Shown: in pieces, positions 1 to 8,758 of the stretch
Position numbering within the stretch: position 1 is the first letter of the stretch
Layout of the letters: each line of letters begins with the position of its first letter
IMG/VR virus record: IMGVR_UViG_3300049982_000338
Reading direction: 5' to 3' (one strand)
Source: an uncultured virus (IMG/VR IMGVR_UViG_3300049982_000338)
Taxonomy: Duplodnaviria; Heunggongvirae; Uroviricota; Caudoviricetes
Length of the DNA stretch: 64,000 nt
Translations under genes and position numbers: made by a program
The notes under the pieces: generated by a model
What the model was told of the DNA's origin: nothing
Seen by the model: the letters and a program-made list of their open reading frames with translations, nothing else
Database searches by the model: none

Positions 1-162
1 TCACTGGACACCCCCGTCGTTGGGCGGCTGGTGCCGCTTGCGCCACCGCAGCCGCAGGAACACCACGACGGGGAGGACCGCGGCGATAACGAAGTCGGCC
101 CAGAGGATCAGCTCGACGAGGCCCGGGCCGTCGTAACCGATGGCAGGGGTGGGGGTGGTCAC
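1..162 (-). CDS. small membrane protein (53 aa)
   Basis: GTG overlaps the stop of the upstream gene; MTTPTPAIGYDGPGLVELILWADFVIAAVLPVVVFLRLRWRKR has a TM segment followed by a basic tail. Confidence 0.6.
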   Translation of the reverse strand: MTTPTPAIGYDGPGLVELILWADFVIAAVLPVVVFLRLRWRKRHQPPNDGGVQ

Positions 163-494
163 TGGGTGCCGTCCAGGGCGCGGGTCAGGGCCGTGGCCTT
201 GTCCGCCGCCGACGCGGCCCGCTGCACGTAGGTCAGGGCGGCGGTGAAGTCGCGGGCCTCCAAAGCGGGGATCGCCCGGTTCGTGTAGTCCTCGGCCTCG
301 GCCCGGTACCGCTGCGCGGCGTCGGTGATCCGCTGCCGTTCGGCTTGGGCGCCCTGGGCGACGGCCGAGTTGTAGGCGTCTTCGAACACGCCCTGCATGC
401 GGCGTTGGAGGTCGCCGGGGGGTGGGAGGACGGGGAGGGGGGTGGGTCGGACGGGGACGACAACAACAGGGTCGGCCGGGTCGGGGTCGGACAT
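159..494 (-). CDS. hypothetical protein
   Basis: ATG at 494 directly follows the CCAGCTGAGGAGCTG RBS motif. Confidence 0.7.
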   Translation of the reverse strand: MSDPDPADPVVVVPVRPTPLPVLPPPGDLQRRMQGVFEDAYNSAVAQGAQAERQRITDAAQRYRAEAEDYTNRAIPALEARDFTAALTYVQRAASAADKATALTRALDGTQ

Positions 495-531
495 GGTCAG
501 CTCCTCAGCTGGTCGATGGTGCGGGGTGGGG

Positions 532-813
532 TCAGGTGCCGTAGGTGGAGCCGGTCCAGCAGGTGTCGTTGCGGAGGTCCCGGTCGTCCCACGGCGCATC
601 GTGTTCGGCGCATTCGATGCCGTTGCTGTCGGGGAGGGTGGACACCGTCCGCCCACACCAGCAGCGCGGCCGGGCCGCGCGGGCGGCCGCGGCGAGGGTG
701 CGGCAGCCGCAGTGCCCGTACAGGACCCGGCAGCCGTCGCCCATCAGCCCACCGCAGGCCGGGCAGGGTGGGGGCGGTGACGGCGCCTCCGCCCCGGGCA
801 GCAGGGCGGTCAC
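532..813 (-). CDS. Cys-rich hypothetical protein
   Basis: GTGA-coupled to 810..1004; CPAC, CGC and CWC motifs. Confidence 0.55.
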   Translation of the reverse strand: MTALLPGAEAPSPPPPCPACGGLMGDGCRVLYGHCGCRTLAAAARAARPRCWCGRTVSTLPDSNGIECAEHDAPWDDRDLRNDTCWTGSTYGT

Positions 814-1004
814 GACGTCGGCCAGATCGACTGGGCCAGGTTGACGGCCAGGACGACGGCGGCCACATAGGCGGTCGTGGCGCCGATCAGGTAGCTGACG
901 AACCGGGATCCGACGCTGGCGTTGGCCATCTCGGTGGACTGCCAGCCCCCCAGCGCCAGGAACACGCCAGCGCCAATGCTGAGGAGTACAGCGGCGGCGG
1001 TCAT
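810..1004 (-). CDS. small membrane protein (2 TM)
   Basis: two hydrophobic segments; ATGA coupling. Confidence 0.65.
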   Translation of the reverse strand: MTAAAVLLSIGAGVFLALGGWQSTEMANASVGSRFVSYLIGATTAYVAAVVLAVNLAQSIWPTS

Positions 1005-1243
1005 GGGGCGACGTTGGGGATCTGCTCGGCCGGGGTCTCCCGGAGCGCGTCGTACACGGTCTGCCGGGCCACACCGGCGGCCTCGACCAGCTCGGAGCGG
1101 GTGTGCCCGCCCTCCGCGTCCGCGGCGCGGATCGCGGCCTTCAGCTTGTCGGCGGCGGCCTCGCGGGCGGTCTGCGACGCGGCGAACGCGCGGCCGGCCT
1201 CGATCAGTGCCCGCATCGCGGGGGTGGGTGTCGTGGATGCCAT
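1001..1243 (-). CDS. small HTH DNA-binding protein (candidate repressor)
   Basis: HTH TRSELVEAAGVARQTVYDAL; ATG 7 nt after a TAGCGT -10 box (leaderless). Confidence 0.75.
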   Translation of the reverse strand: MASTTPTPAMRALIEAGRAFAASQTAREAAADKLKAAIRAADAEGGHTRSELVEAAGVARQTVYDALRETPAEQIPNVAP

Positions 1244-1289
1244 GACCAGGACGCTACCCCTAGACACCCGTGGTGTCCACTCCTGGACG
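1244..1289 (-). promoter_or_regulatory. sigma70/HrdB-type leaderless promoter with paired operator palindromes
   Basis: TGGACA-17bp-TAGCGT-7nt-ATG; GTCCAGgaGTGGAC overlaps -35. Confidence 0.75.
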
Positions 1290-1309
1290 GTCTCGCGCAC
1301 AGGCGCCCC

Positions 1310-1854
1310 CGCGCGGTCTGTGGTCACCCTGCTGGAGCGGACGACCTCCGGTCCCTAGCCTTCGCGTAGCTGATCCGCGCCTTCTCCCGCGCGCATGATC
1401 GGCAGTAGCGGTGCCCTCCCCACCTGTACGTGTTCTCCTCGTCGTACGGGTGCCCCTGGGGGCACTCCTCCTTACGGGCGTTCCCGTGCGTGCCGTGCCG
1501 CACGGAGTCGTAGTTGTTCTCACTCCTGGTCCCGTAGACCAGATTCGTGAAGCGGTTGTTCCCCGGATTGCCGTCGAGGTGTCGGACGTCGGCCCCGGGG
1601 GGTCGTGGTCCGATGAATGCGGCGGCCACGAGCGAGTGGACCCGGTGGTGGGTCTTGATCCCATCCCGGAGCAGGACGACGTTTTGATGTCCGATCCGGC
1701 TCGGCGAGAAGCTCAGCAGCCGAGGCGCTGGCCGTTTGTGCGAAACGACCCGCCCCAGGTTGCTCACCTGGTAGTCGGGAAAGCCCTCGATCGTTCGCCA
1801 TTCTTCGGTCTGCACTTCGTCTCCCTCGCGCGCGGTCTGTGGTCACCTTGCTGG
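1310..1854. repeat. 26-bp direct repeats (1310-1335 and 1829-1854) flanking the HNH gene
   Basis: CGCGCGGTCTGTGGTCACC(C/T)TGCTGG, 1 mismatch. Confidence 0.85.
1324..1815 (-). CDS. NUMOD4-HNH homing endonuclease
   Basis: NUMOD4 EEWRTIEGFPDYQVSNLGRV; HNH VHSLVAAAFIGPRP...VRHLDGNPGNNRFTNLVYGTRSEN; C-terminal CPQGHPY..CRSC zinc finger. Confidence 0.93.
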   Translation of the reverse strand: MQTEEWRTIEGFPDYQVSNLGRVVSHKRPAPRLLSFSPSRIGHQNVVLLRDGIKTHHRVHSLVAAAFIGPRPPGADVRHLDGNPGNNRFTNLVYGTRSENNYDSVRHGTHGNARKEECPQGHPYDEENTYRWGGHRYCRSCAREKARISYAKARDRRSSAPAG

Positions 1855-1902
1855 GTTGAGTTGAGAGGTCTTGGAGTTAGCAGGTTGACCCGGTAGTTCG
1901 GT

Positions 1903-1978
1903 CCAACCGAGCGGAGCGAGGTTGGGTCTGGGAGAGCATGAGAGGGCGGAGCCCTCTCATAGCTGGCCGAAGGCCAGC
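1903..1978 (+). other. cluster of GNA-triloop hairpins
   Basis: CCAACCGAGC-GGA-GCGAGGTTGG; ATGAGAGGGC-GGA-GCCCTCTCAT; GCTGGCC-GAA-GGCCAGC. Confidence 0.7.
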
Positions 1979-2394
1979 CAAAGGCGTGGTGAGCGCCGAC
2001 CGGGCAGGGGTCCCGCCGTCGGTGGCTCGGCCACGTCGGGATGGCCCTCCGCCGGGGGGTCAGGCGGGGGCTCGCGGGCGTCCCAGGTGCAGGTGATCAG
2101 GCCACACACGGGTACGTGGTGCGGTGGGGGTGGTTCTCGGGTTCCGGCTCCTCGCTGCACCAGGGCATGAGCCGTGGTGAGGGGCTGCCGGTTGTGGCAG
2201 ACTCAGACACGACCGCCGCATACGGTCTCCGGAGCCCGGCCCTTGTGAGAGGGGGCCGGGCTCCTTCGTCTATCGGGGGACACCGTACCCCTCCGCAACG
2301 GCGTGTAGCCAGCCGATCACGTGCCAGGCCACACTCGGACAGCAGAACGCCCCACCAGCCAGTAGGCCAGCGGGGCGCTCGAGCACGGTGCGGG

Positions 2395-2526
2395 TCAGGC
2401 GGCGAGAACCTCATCCGCCCGCACATCGCCGTACACCTCCACCGCATCCAGCAACGCCTCCCGCTCCGCAACAGGGAGAGCGGCGAGCAGGGCCTCGATG
2501 GCGGTGAGAGCGGTAGTGGCGTCCAT
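2395..2526 (-). CDS. small hypothetical protein
   Basis: MDATTALTAIEALLAALPVAEREALLDAVEVYGD, amphipathic helices. Confidence 0.5.
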   Translation of the reverse strand: MDATTALTAIEALLAALPVAEREALLDAVEVYGDVRADEVLAA

Positions 2527-2578
2527 GCCTTCCCAACGGCACCCACGGCCGCCGGCTGAACTGCGACAGCCCCGACCC

Positions 2579-2902
2579 CTACCCGTTCGGGGTAGAAGCC
2601 GGGACTGGGGGGGCCACGCGGGCGGCGGCGCGCTCGAGGTCGGCCGCGGCAGCGTGGTGCCCGTCGCCGCGGAGCTGGGCAAGGACCCCCGCCAGCCAGA
2701 CGGGCCAGGCCGCGGCCACCGCCTCCCGGACGGTGCAGGTGGCGCAGCCGCAGTAGGCGCCGACCGCCGGGAACTCGGGCCACTCCTCAGCGGGCAGTTC
2801 CTCGGAGGCGAACAGCCACTCCGAGCAGGCACCGACGTGCGCCTCTGCGGCGGCCTGCGCCGCCCCAGCAACGTCGATGGGCAGCGGGCCGACTGGGGAC
2901 AC
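2579..2902 (-). CDS. hypothetical protein (CGCxxC motif)
   Basis: YCGCATCTVREAV motif; protein-like composition. Confidence 0.6.
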   Translation of the reverse strand: MSPVGPLPIDVAGAAQAAAEAHVGACSEWLFASEELPAEEWPEFPAVGAYCGCATCTVREAVAAAWPVWLAGVLAQLRGDGHHAAAADLERAAARVAPPVPASTPNG

Positions 2903-2933
2903 AGGACACAGTGTCTCAGGCCCGGACAGCCAA

Positions 2934-2963
2934 CCGGCCCCACTCCGGAGGGAGCGGGGCCGG
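2934..2963. terminator. GC-rich stem-loop after 2980..3354
   Basis: CCGGCCCC..GGGGCCGG inverted repeat just downstream of the stop codon. Confidence 0.45.
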
Positions 2964-2979
2964 CAGGCCGAGTGCGCGG

Positions 2980-3354
2980 TCAGACGGCGTACCGGGCCAC
3001 CAGCTCGGCGTGCCTCGCGGTGTGGAAGTCGATGAACTCCTGGCCGGTGGTCAGGTCGATCGTCGCCGCGAAGGCCAGGTAGTCGGCGAGGGTCATCGCG
3101 GCGTGCTCCTGGTTCATCGCCTCCAGCTGGGCCGCGTGGCGGGCCTCGTGCTCCAGGCGGGTGGTGGGGTAGCCGGTGGCCAGCGCGGCGCACTTGCGGC
3201 CCAGGTGGCGGATCTCGCCGGTGGCGGTGACGCGGACCCGGAACAGGCGGGCGGTGAGCTCCCGGTCGCAGTCCTGGCAGTGGTCGCCTCGGGCGTCCTC
3301 GATGCCCAGGAGGGTGGCGGACTTGCGGGCGGTTCGGGTGCGTGTCGTGGCCAT
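2980..3354 (-). CDS. hypothetical protein, CxxC zinc-binding
   Basis: leaderless ATG after the promoter; CQDCDREL...HLGRKCA. Confidence 0.75.
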   Translation of the reverse strand: MATTRTRTARKSATLLGIEDARGDHCQDCDRELTARLFRVRVTATGEIRHLGRKCAALATGYPTTRLEHEARHAAQLEAMNQEHAAMTLADYLAFAATIDLTTGQEFIDFHTARHAELVARYAV

Positions 3355-3400
3355 GACAGGAACGCTAGACCTAGACACAACTCTTGTCCAGCACTAGACG
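3355..3400 (-). promoter_or_regulatory. leaderless promoter with operators
   Basis: GTCTAGtgCTGGACA-17bp-TAGCGT-tcctgtc-ATG. Confidence 0.8.
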
Positions 3401-3445
3401 GCGCGGCGTGTGCACGAATCCGAACGGTCACCCGTCCGGGGCAGG

Positions 3446-3625
3446 TCAGCGCGGCTGGTTACGCACCACCACCGTGCGGGCGTCGATCACCTGCAGCCGG
3501 GAGGCATCCCCACCGGCCCAGGAGAGGGCGATGGCCCACGCCTGCGGGTCGGGGCGCTGCACGGTCGCGGCGGGGGTAGCGCGGGGGGCGCGGGCAGGGG
3601 CGGAGGCACGGACGGCACGGGTCAT
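3446..3625 (-). CDS. hypothetical protein
   Basis: AWAIALSWAGGDASRLQVIDARTVVVRN. Confidence 0.55.
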   Translation of the reverse strand: MTRAVRASAPARAPRATPAATVQRPDPQAWAIALSWAGGDASRLQVIDARTVVVRNQPR

Positions 3626-3722
3626 GTCCGGGGACCCTGCCTCAGCGTGCAGATCCCCGCACCCCACCGCCGGGGTCCGGCACGGCGGCGGGGCGGGCCG
3701 TCACCCGGCGTGGTCAGCCCGC

Positions 3723-3965
3723 CTACAGGCCGTCGATCCAGGTGGAGTCCTTCCGGTCGGCCCACGACCTCCCCTGCCGGGCGTCACGGTCACGCGGTGC
3801 GGGTGGCGGCGGCAGCGGCACCCACTGCGCGCACGCCCCCGGCAACGGCTCCGGGCCCGGCCCGCCGCAGAAGCACACCCGCGGCGCGCAGTACCGGCCC
3901 GTCCCCGTGGGATTGGGCAGCCCGGACGCCATCAGCCGGACGGGCCGCCCGGTCGCTGCGGTCAC
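3723..3965 (-). CDS. hypothetical Cys-containing protein
   Basis: GTGA-coupled to the methylase gene; YCAPRVCFCG. Confidence 0.55.
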   Translation of the reverse strand: MTAATGRPVRLMASGLPNPTGTGRYCAPRVCFCGGPGPEPLPGACAQWVPLPPPPAPRDRDARQGRSWADRKDSTWIDGL

Positions 3966-5335
3966 GCCGCCTCAGCCGGCGCGTCGGTGAACGACACCTC
4001 GACCGGGGAGAGGTCCCCGTCCCGCTCCCGCCGCGGCACGATCCCCGTGTGCTCCTGAAACCTGCGGCAAATCACGTCCGCGTACTTCGTGTCCAGCTCC
4101 ACGGTCGCGGCGACCCGACCGGTACCGTGCGCGGCGATCAACGTCGACCCCGACCCGCCGAACGTGTCCAGCACGAGGGCACCCTTCGCCGTCGAGTTCT
4201 CGATCGCCCGGGCGCAGAGCGCGACCGGCTTCATCGTGGGGTGCACGTCGTTGCGGGTCGGCCGCGGGATCGACCACACGGTGGTCTGCTTCCGCCCACC
4301 GTGCCAGGTGTGCCCGGCGCCCTCCCGCCAGCCGTACAGGATGGTGTCGTGCTCCAGGTCGAAGTGCGGGGGCTCCGGCGGGGCGCCACCCGGCCGCCAC
4401 CCGTACAGCATCGATTCGTGCTGCCACTGGTAGTCCTGCCGGCCCAGGGTGAACCGGTCCTTCAACCAGACGAGGACCTGCCGCAACGGCAGGTCGACGG
4501 CCTTCAACGCGACCCGGAACGGCAGCTCCAGGTTTCCCGCCGGTGAGCAGATGTAGAACGCGGCCCCCGGCGCCATCACCGCACGCGCTGCGGCGAACGC
4601 CTGGGTGAGGAAATCGCCGAGCGCGTCCTCGTCCAGGTCGTCGTTGACGATCGTCAGCTTGTCCTTCGTGCCACCGGTGTAGGCGACCCCATAGGGCGGG
4701 TCGGTGAACAGCAGGTCCACCTGCCGGCCGTTCGCCGCCCGCGCCACCACAGCCTTATCGGTGGAGTCCCCCACCACCAGTCGGTGCGGCCCCAGCAGCC
4801 ACACATCGCCCTCCCGCGAGATCGGCTGCGCCGGCTTGTCCGGGACATCATCCGGATCCGTCAGGACGTCCCCGACCGGCTCCTCGTCGGCGAGACGGTC
4901 CAGGATCTCGTCCAGGGCGGCTTCGTCATATCCGGTACCGGACAAGTCCGGCAGATCGCGGAGGAGCTCGGCGAGGACACCATCGTCGTAGGTCCCCAGA
5001 TCCGCGCTGCGGTTGTCCACGAGCATGATCCGCTTCGCTTCGACGTCGTCCACGTCGAGGATGACCGCGTCGATGCGATCCCAGCCGGACGTGTTGTTGT
5101 CCCGCAGCCGCCGGGCACCCTTCCAGGTGTGGTTCCCGGCCAGCACGTAGCCGGTGGACTTCTGCACCACGATCGGCCGGTACTGGCCGTGGATGAGCAG
5201 GCTCTCAGCGATGGCCGCGACGTCCCCACGCCGCGGGTTGCTCGGGTGGGGCTGCACGTCATCCAGCGGAATGGAGACGACGTTCAGACGCGGATCCCTG
5301 GCCGAGTCGGTGGGAAAAGAGCTGGGCTGGGACAT
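3962..5335 (-). CDS. ParB-like N-terminal domain + N6/N4 DNA methyltransferase
   Basis: ParB: PHPSNPRRGDVAAIAESL..GQYRPIVV..LAGNHT; MTase: FTDPPYG, HPTMKPV, LDTFGGSGSTLIAA. Confidence 0.93.
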   Translation of the reverse strand: MSQPSSFPTDSARDPRLNVVSIPLDDVQPHPSNPRRGDVAAIAESLLIHGQYRPIVVQKSTGYVLAGNHTWKGARRLRDNNTSGWDRIDAVILDVDDVEAKRIMLVDNRSADLGTYDDGVLAELLRDLPDLSGTGYDEAALDEILDRLADEEPVGDVLTDPDDVPDKPAQPISREGDVWLLGPHRLVVGDSTDKAVVARAANGRQVDLLFTDPPYGVAYTGGTKDKLTIVNDDLDEDALGDFLTQAFAAARAVMAPGAAFYICSPAGNLELPFRVALKAVDLPLRQVLVWLKDRFTLGRQDYQWQHESMLYGWRPGGAPPEPPHFDLEHDTILYGWREGAGHTWHGGRKQTTVWSIPRPTRNDVHPTMKPVALCARAIENSTAKGALVLDTFGGSGSTLIAAHGTGRVAATVELDTKYADVICRRFQEHTGIVPRRERDGDLSPVEVSFTDAPAEAA

Positions 5336-5364
5336 CGTGTGTTCGGATCCGATCGGTTGACGGG

Positions 5365-5907
5365 TCAGGGCAAGATCGCGGCGGCGAGCTTCACCGCGGC
5401 GTAGAGCAGCGTGAGGTCGGCGGCGGTGAGGGCGAGCACGGCGGGGGCGGTGGTCCACCATCGGGCGCGGCGCCACGGAGACGCCGCAGCCCCCCACCGC
5501 ACACCCATCCAGAGGTGCGCCGCCCGGATGGGGCCGACCCCGACGTCGACCAGGGCCCGGTGCCAGAGGGCATCGACGCCGACCGCGTCCAGCCACGTCT
5601 CCCGCACCGGCAGCGGCGGCAGTCCCGCGGCGGCGCGGGTGCGGTTGCGCTGCAACGCCTCCCACTGCTCGCGGAGCGCATCGCACCCGAGGTCGTGGGT
5701 GATGGCCGGCTCATCGGTGGCGCCGACGCGGGACACCAGCCAGCCCAGCAGCCACGGCCGGGAGGCGAAGTCGGTGGTGTACCCGGCGGGGGTGGTGAAC
5801 ACCCGCCCCGGCACCGGCCCGCGGTCGTCGCGGTAGCAGAGGTCTTCGAGCAGCTGCCAGCGGTTGACGCCGACGCGGCGGATCGCCACCTGCGACAGAA
5901 ACGGCAC
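5365..5907 (-). CDS. DUF1353-like protein with C-terminal TM segment
   Basis: WQLLEDLCY..PAGYTTDFASRP..AITHD..MWMGVR-like DUF1353 pattern. Confidence 0.75.
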   Translation of the reverse strand: MPFLSQVAIRRVGVNRWQLLEDLCYRDDRGPVPGRVFTTPAGYTTDFASRPWLLGWLVSRVGATDEPAITHDLGCDALREQWEALQRNRTRAAAGLPPLPVRETWLDAVGVDALWHRALVDVGVGPIRAAHLWMGVRWGAAASPWRRARWWTTAPAVLALTAADLTLLYAAVKLAAAILP

Positions 5908-5943
5908 GCACGGAGCGTAGGTGCACGGACACGGGGCGTGGGG

Positions 5944-5976
5944 GAGGCTAGGCGGGCCGCTGGCTCCGGGCCGGGC
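5944..5976 (+). promoter_or_regulatory. late-type motif GCTGGCTCCGGGCCGGGC preceded by a -10-like GAGGCT
   Basis: same motif as found before the structural genes, oriented with the + strand peptidase gene. Confidence 0.65.
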
Positions 5977-6003
5977 ACCCCGACCCCCGTCAGGAGCCCC
6001 CCC

Positions 6004-6882
6004 GTGGCAGACCGCACCTACCAGATCCCGGAGATCGTCCGCCCCGGCATGCGCAACGGCCGGCACGTGCGGCACGACCCCCAGTCCCTGCGGTACCTCG
6101 CCGCACCGGCCGGCGCCGCCGTCGTCCCCCAGTCCGTCACCTGGGACCGGCACTCCCCCACCCTCGACCAAGGGCAGCTCGGATCCTGCGTGGCGAACAC
6201 CGGCACGGAGATCCTGTCCTGCAACCCGTTCTGGTCGACCCTCCCCACCGACCTGCAGCGCACCCTGTCCGACCCGCGGACCGCGGAGGCGTGGGCCGTC
6301 GACCTGTACCGGGACGTCACCCGCGCCGATCCGTTTCCCGGCGCATGGGAACCCGACGACACCGGCTCCGACGGCCTCAGCCTGGCGAAGGTGCTGAAGG
6401 CCCGCGGGCTGATCGCCGGGTACACGCACGCCACCTCCCTCGCCGCGTTCCTCGCCGCAATGGCGCGGGGCCCGGTCGCGGTGGGCACCGTGTGGCTGTC
6501 CGGGATGAACACCCCCACCCGGGAGGGCATCATCCGCGCCACCGGCACCGTGGACGGCGGCCACGAGTGGACGTGCAGGCAGGTCGACGTCGACCGGGAG
6601 CTCGCTTGGATCGACAACCACTGGACCGCGGACTGGGGCGTGGGCGGCCGCGGGGCGATCTCGTTCACCGACCTGGAGAAGCTCCTCGCCCAGGACGGCG
6701 ACGTGACCGCGCTGGTGCCCATCACCCAGCCCGCACCGCAGCCCACCCCGGCGCCGGCGCCGGTGGAAGCCCCGGAGTTCCCGCTCGACAAGGTCCGGCC
6801 CTGGCTGGAGGACCCGCACCGCTACTCCCGCGCCACCCGCGCCGCCGACGCCATCGCCGACTGGCTGGAGCAGACCAGCTAG
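6004..6882 (+). CDS. papain-like (C1 family) cysteine peptidase
   Basis: LDQGQLGSC (oxyanion Q, catalytic C), GGHE (His), DNHWTADWGVGGRG (Asn/Trp); AGGAG RBS. Confidence 0.88.
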   Translation: MADRTYQIPEIVRPGMRNGRHVRHDPQSLRYLAAPAGAAVVPQSVTWDRHSPTLDQGQLGSCVANTGTEILSCNPFWSTLPTDLQRTLSDPRTAEAWAVDLYRDVTRADPFPGAWEPDDTGSDGLSLAKVLKARGLIAGYTHATSLAAFLAAMARGPVAVGTVWLSGMNTPTREGIIRATGTVDGGHEWTCRQVDVDRELAWIDNHWTADWGVGGRGAISFTDLEKLLAQDGDVTALVPITQPAPQPTPAPAPVEAPEFPLDKVRPWLEDPHRYSRATRAADAIADWLEQTS

Positions 6883-7679
6883 CCGGCGGGTGGGGTCACC
6901 GGCGGCACCCGCGGGTGGGCGCCGGTGACCTCCCTCGGATGGGTGAACACCGGACCCGGCACCGCCGCGAGCCACACCTTGCGGGGATCGGTCCGCAGCT
7001 GACGCCGCACGTGCTTCACCGCGTAGAGGGTGCGGCCGAGCATCCCGGCGACCTGCCGGGCGGTGAGGTCCTGGCGGGCGGCTATTTCCAGCTCGGGACC
7101 GGTCCACTGCTTACGCCCGTTACGGGCACCGTCGACCGTGGCGGCCTGCACCCGCGCCCGAACCTCGTCTGCATGCTCACGCTGCCGACGCCGGAACTCC
7201 TCATCCACGCCGGCCCGCCGGTTGCGGTACCGGGTCGACCTCATCACGGCGCAGCGGCGACACGGCGGCAGCGGGCCGGCGTTCCGGCGTAGCAGCCGGT
7301 CGGGGGTGGTGCGCAGGTCCCCGCACTCGGGGCAGCTCTGCGCGAGCGCCCGGTAGGGCAGGGTTCGAGGCGGTTTGATCTGCCCGCCACGGCGGAGGGT
7401 CTGCTCCGCGTTCTCCTCGGGGGTGCGCGGCTTCGACGGTGCGGTGAGCCCAGCGGCGCGGCGGTCGGCGCTGTAGTGGACCTGGCAGAGTCCCCGCGCC
7501 CAGTGGGGTGCCCCGCAGATGGTGCACGTGCCCCGCGCCCGGGTGTTGATCCGCCGGGCGGGGGCGGTGCGCACCTCCGGCCAGGCGTAGAGGGCGACGC
7601 TGCCCTTCCCGCCCCCGCCGTGGTTGGTGATGAGCCCGGCCTGTTCCCAGCCCTTCACGATGTGCCGAGGCACACCCAT
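6879..7679 (-). CDS. MerR-like HTH + zinc-finger DNA-binding protein
   Basis: MGVPRHIVKGWEQAG, CTICG..ARGLCQVHY, CPEC..CRRC, C-terminal LTARQVAGMLGRT; true start may be slightly upstream. Confidence 0.7.
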   Translation of the reverse strand: MGVPRHIVKGWEQAGLITNHGGGGKGSVALYAWPEVRTAPARRINTRARGTCTICGAPHWARGLCQVHYSADRRAAGLTAPSKPRTPEENAEQTLRRGGQIKPPRTLPYRALAQSCPECGDLRTTPDRLLRRNAGPLPPCRRCAVMRSTRYRNRRAGVDEEFRRRQREHADEVRARVQAATVDGARNGRKQWTGPELEIAARQDLTARQVAGMLGRTLYAVKHVRRQLRTDPRKVWLAAVPGPVFTHPREVTGAHPRVPPVTPPAG

Positions 7680-7791
7680 CCGCGCGGCGGCCTCCGCGGT
7701 GGTCAGCAGCGGCGGCCCGGTCAGAGCAGCTCCTCGATGGTCATCTGCCCGTCCGGGATCGGTTCCACGTTCTCATCGTCGGGCGGCGCCA

Positions 7792-8040
7792 TCAGGCCAC
7801 GGTCCGGGTGCGGCCGTTGTGGGAGCCGCGCTGCGACGGCCGCCGCGCCACAGCCCGCACAGCGGCAGGGTCGATGGGCAGGCCCGACGCGGCGCACCGC
7901 GGGTTCGGCGCGGGCGCCCCCCGCCCACCGACGGTGTGTGAGATCAGGCGGGGCTCCCGTGGCCGGTCACCGGGCATGGCGCGGGGGTTCATCAGGCCGA
8001 CGTCCCGCCGGCAGGTGGGGCAGGTCGCCTCGGACGCCAT
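7792..8040 (-). CDS. small zinc-binding hypothetical protein
   Basis: ATCPTCRRDV..HT..RCAASG. Confidence 0.55.
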   Translation of the reverse strand: MASEATCPTCRRDVGLMNPRAMPGDRPREPRLISHTVGGRGAPAPNPRCAASGLPIDPAAVRAVARRPSQRGSHNGRTRTVA

Positions 8041-8261
8041 TAGGGCTGCCCCCACACGACATCGACGTTCTCGCCGTGGGCACGGCATGTGCCGCGGTAC
8101 TCGTGCTCATCGGTCTCACCCGGCCACGGGTCGAGCTTGCGCACCGTCGCCGACCGGACGAACCGGCCGCACCGGGTGCAGTGCCACCGATAGGGGCTCG
8201 GCTCGGGCTCAGCGGCCTCTCCGAAGTCGGCGAGCAGATCCGCGAACGCCACCGACGCCAT
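8040..8261 (-). CDS. hypothetical protein (CxxC)
   Basis: HCTRCGRFV..GTCRAHG; coupled starts. Confidence 0.6.
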   Translation of the reverse strand: MASVAFADLLADFGEAAEPEPSPYRWHCTRCGRFVRSATVRKLDPWPGETDEHEYRGTCRAHGENVDVVWGQP

Positions 8262-8758
8262 CAGACGCCCCTCACGTACGGGAGCCATCCGCGGCGGAGC
8301 ATCCACTCCGACGCGGACGATCGGGTGCCATCGGGTCCGATGACGTACAGGTCGACCAGCAGCCGGTCGAAGCCTCCGCCCTGGTCGTAGCTCAGGCAGC
8401 GGAGCCCGTCGAGGTGATCGACGCACCATGACCACAGGTCGTCGGCGGCGGCCCGTGCCTGCTCCCGCTCGGCCGGGTCCTTGGAGTGCAGCTCGGGCGT
8501 GTCCAGATTCGTCAACCGGCCGGCGAGCCCGCCGAGGAAGTCGGTGGCGTCGTCCTCGAGGACGCGTACCCGATAGTCGGTGCAGGTCATCGGTCCCTGG
8601 TCGTCGCGTTCCTCGGAGACGACGACGACGCGGCGCCGCCGCAGCCGAACGGTGTCGCCGTCTACCTGGCGGAGCACGTCGGCTTGGTTCCAGTCCTGCC
8701 CACCGAGCGGGATGGACTCGGCGGGCAGGGGCGGGGTGACCGCCAGCCACGGCCTCAC
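8261..8758 (-). CDS. thermonuclease (SNase-like)
   Basis: VLRQVDGDTV, RLTNLDTPEL, FDRLLVDLY, EWMLRRGW. Confidence 0.82.
   Translation of the reverse strand: MRPWLAVTPPLPAESIPLGGQDWNQADVLRQVDGDTVRLRRRRVVVVSEERDDQGPMTCTDYRVRVLEDDATDFLGGLAGRLTNLDTPELHSKDPAEREQARAAADDLWSWCVDHLDGLRCLSYDQGGGFDRLLVDLYVIGPDGTRSSASEWMLRRGWLPYVRGV

Noticed and set aside
1290..2390. Group I intron housing the HNH gene
   Set aside because: No interrupted host gene and no recognisable P7 core sequences.
7721..7789. 22-codon ORF MAPPDDENVEPIPDGQMTIEELL
   Set aside because: It may be a real tail of 7792..8040 separated by a frameshift, but it is too short to support a call.
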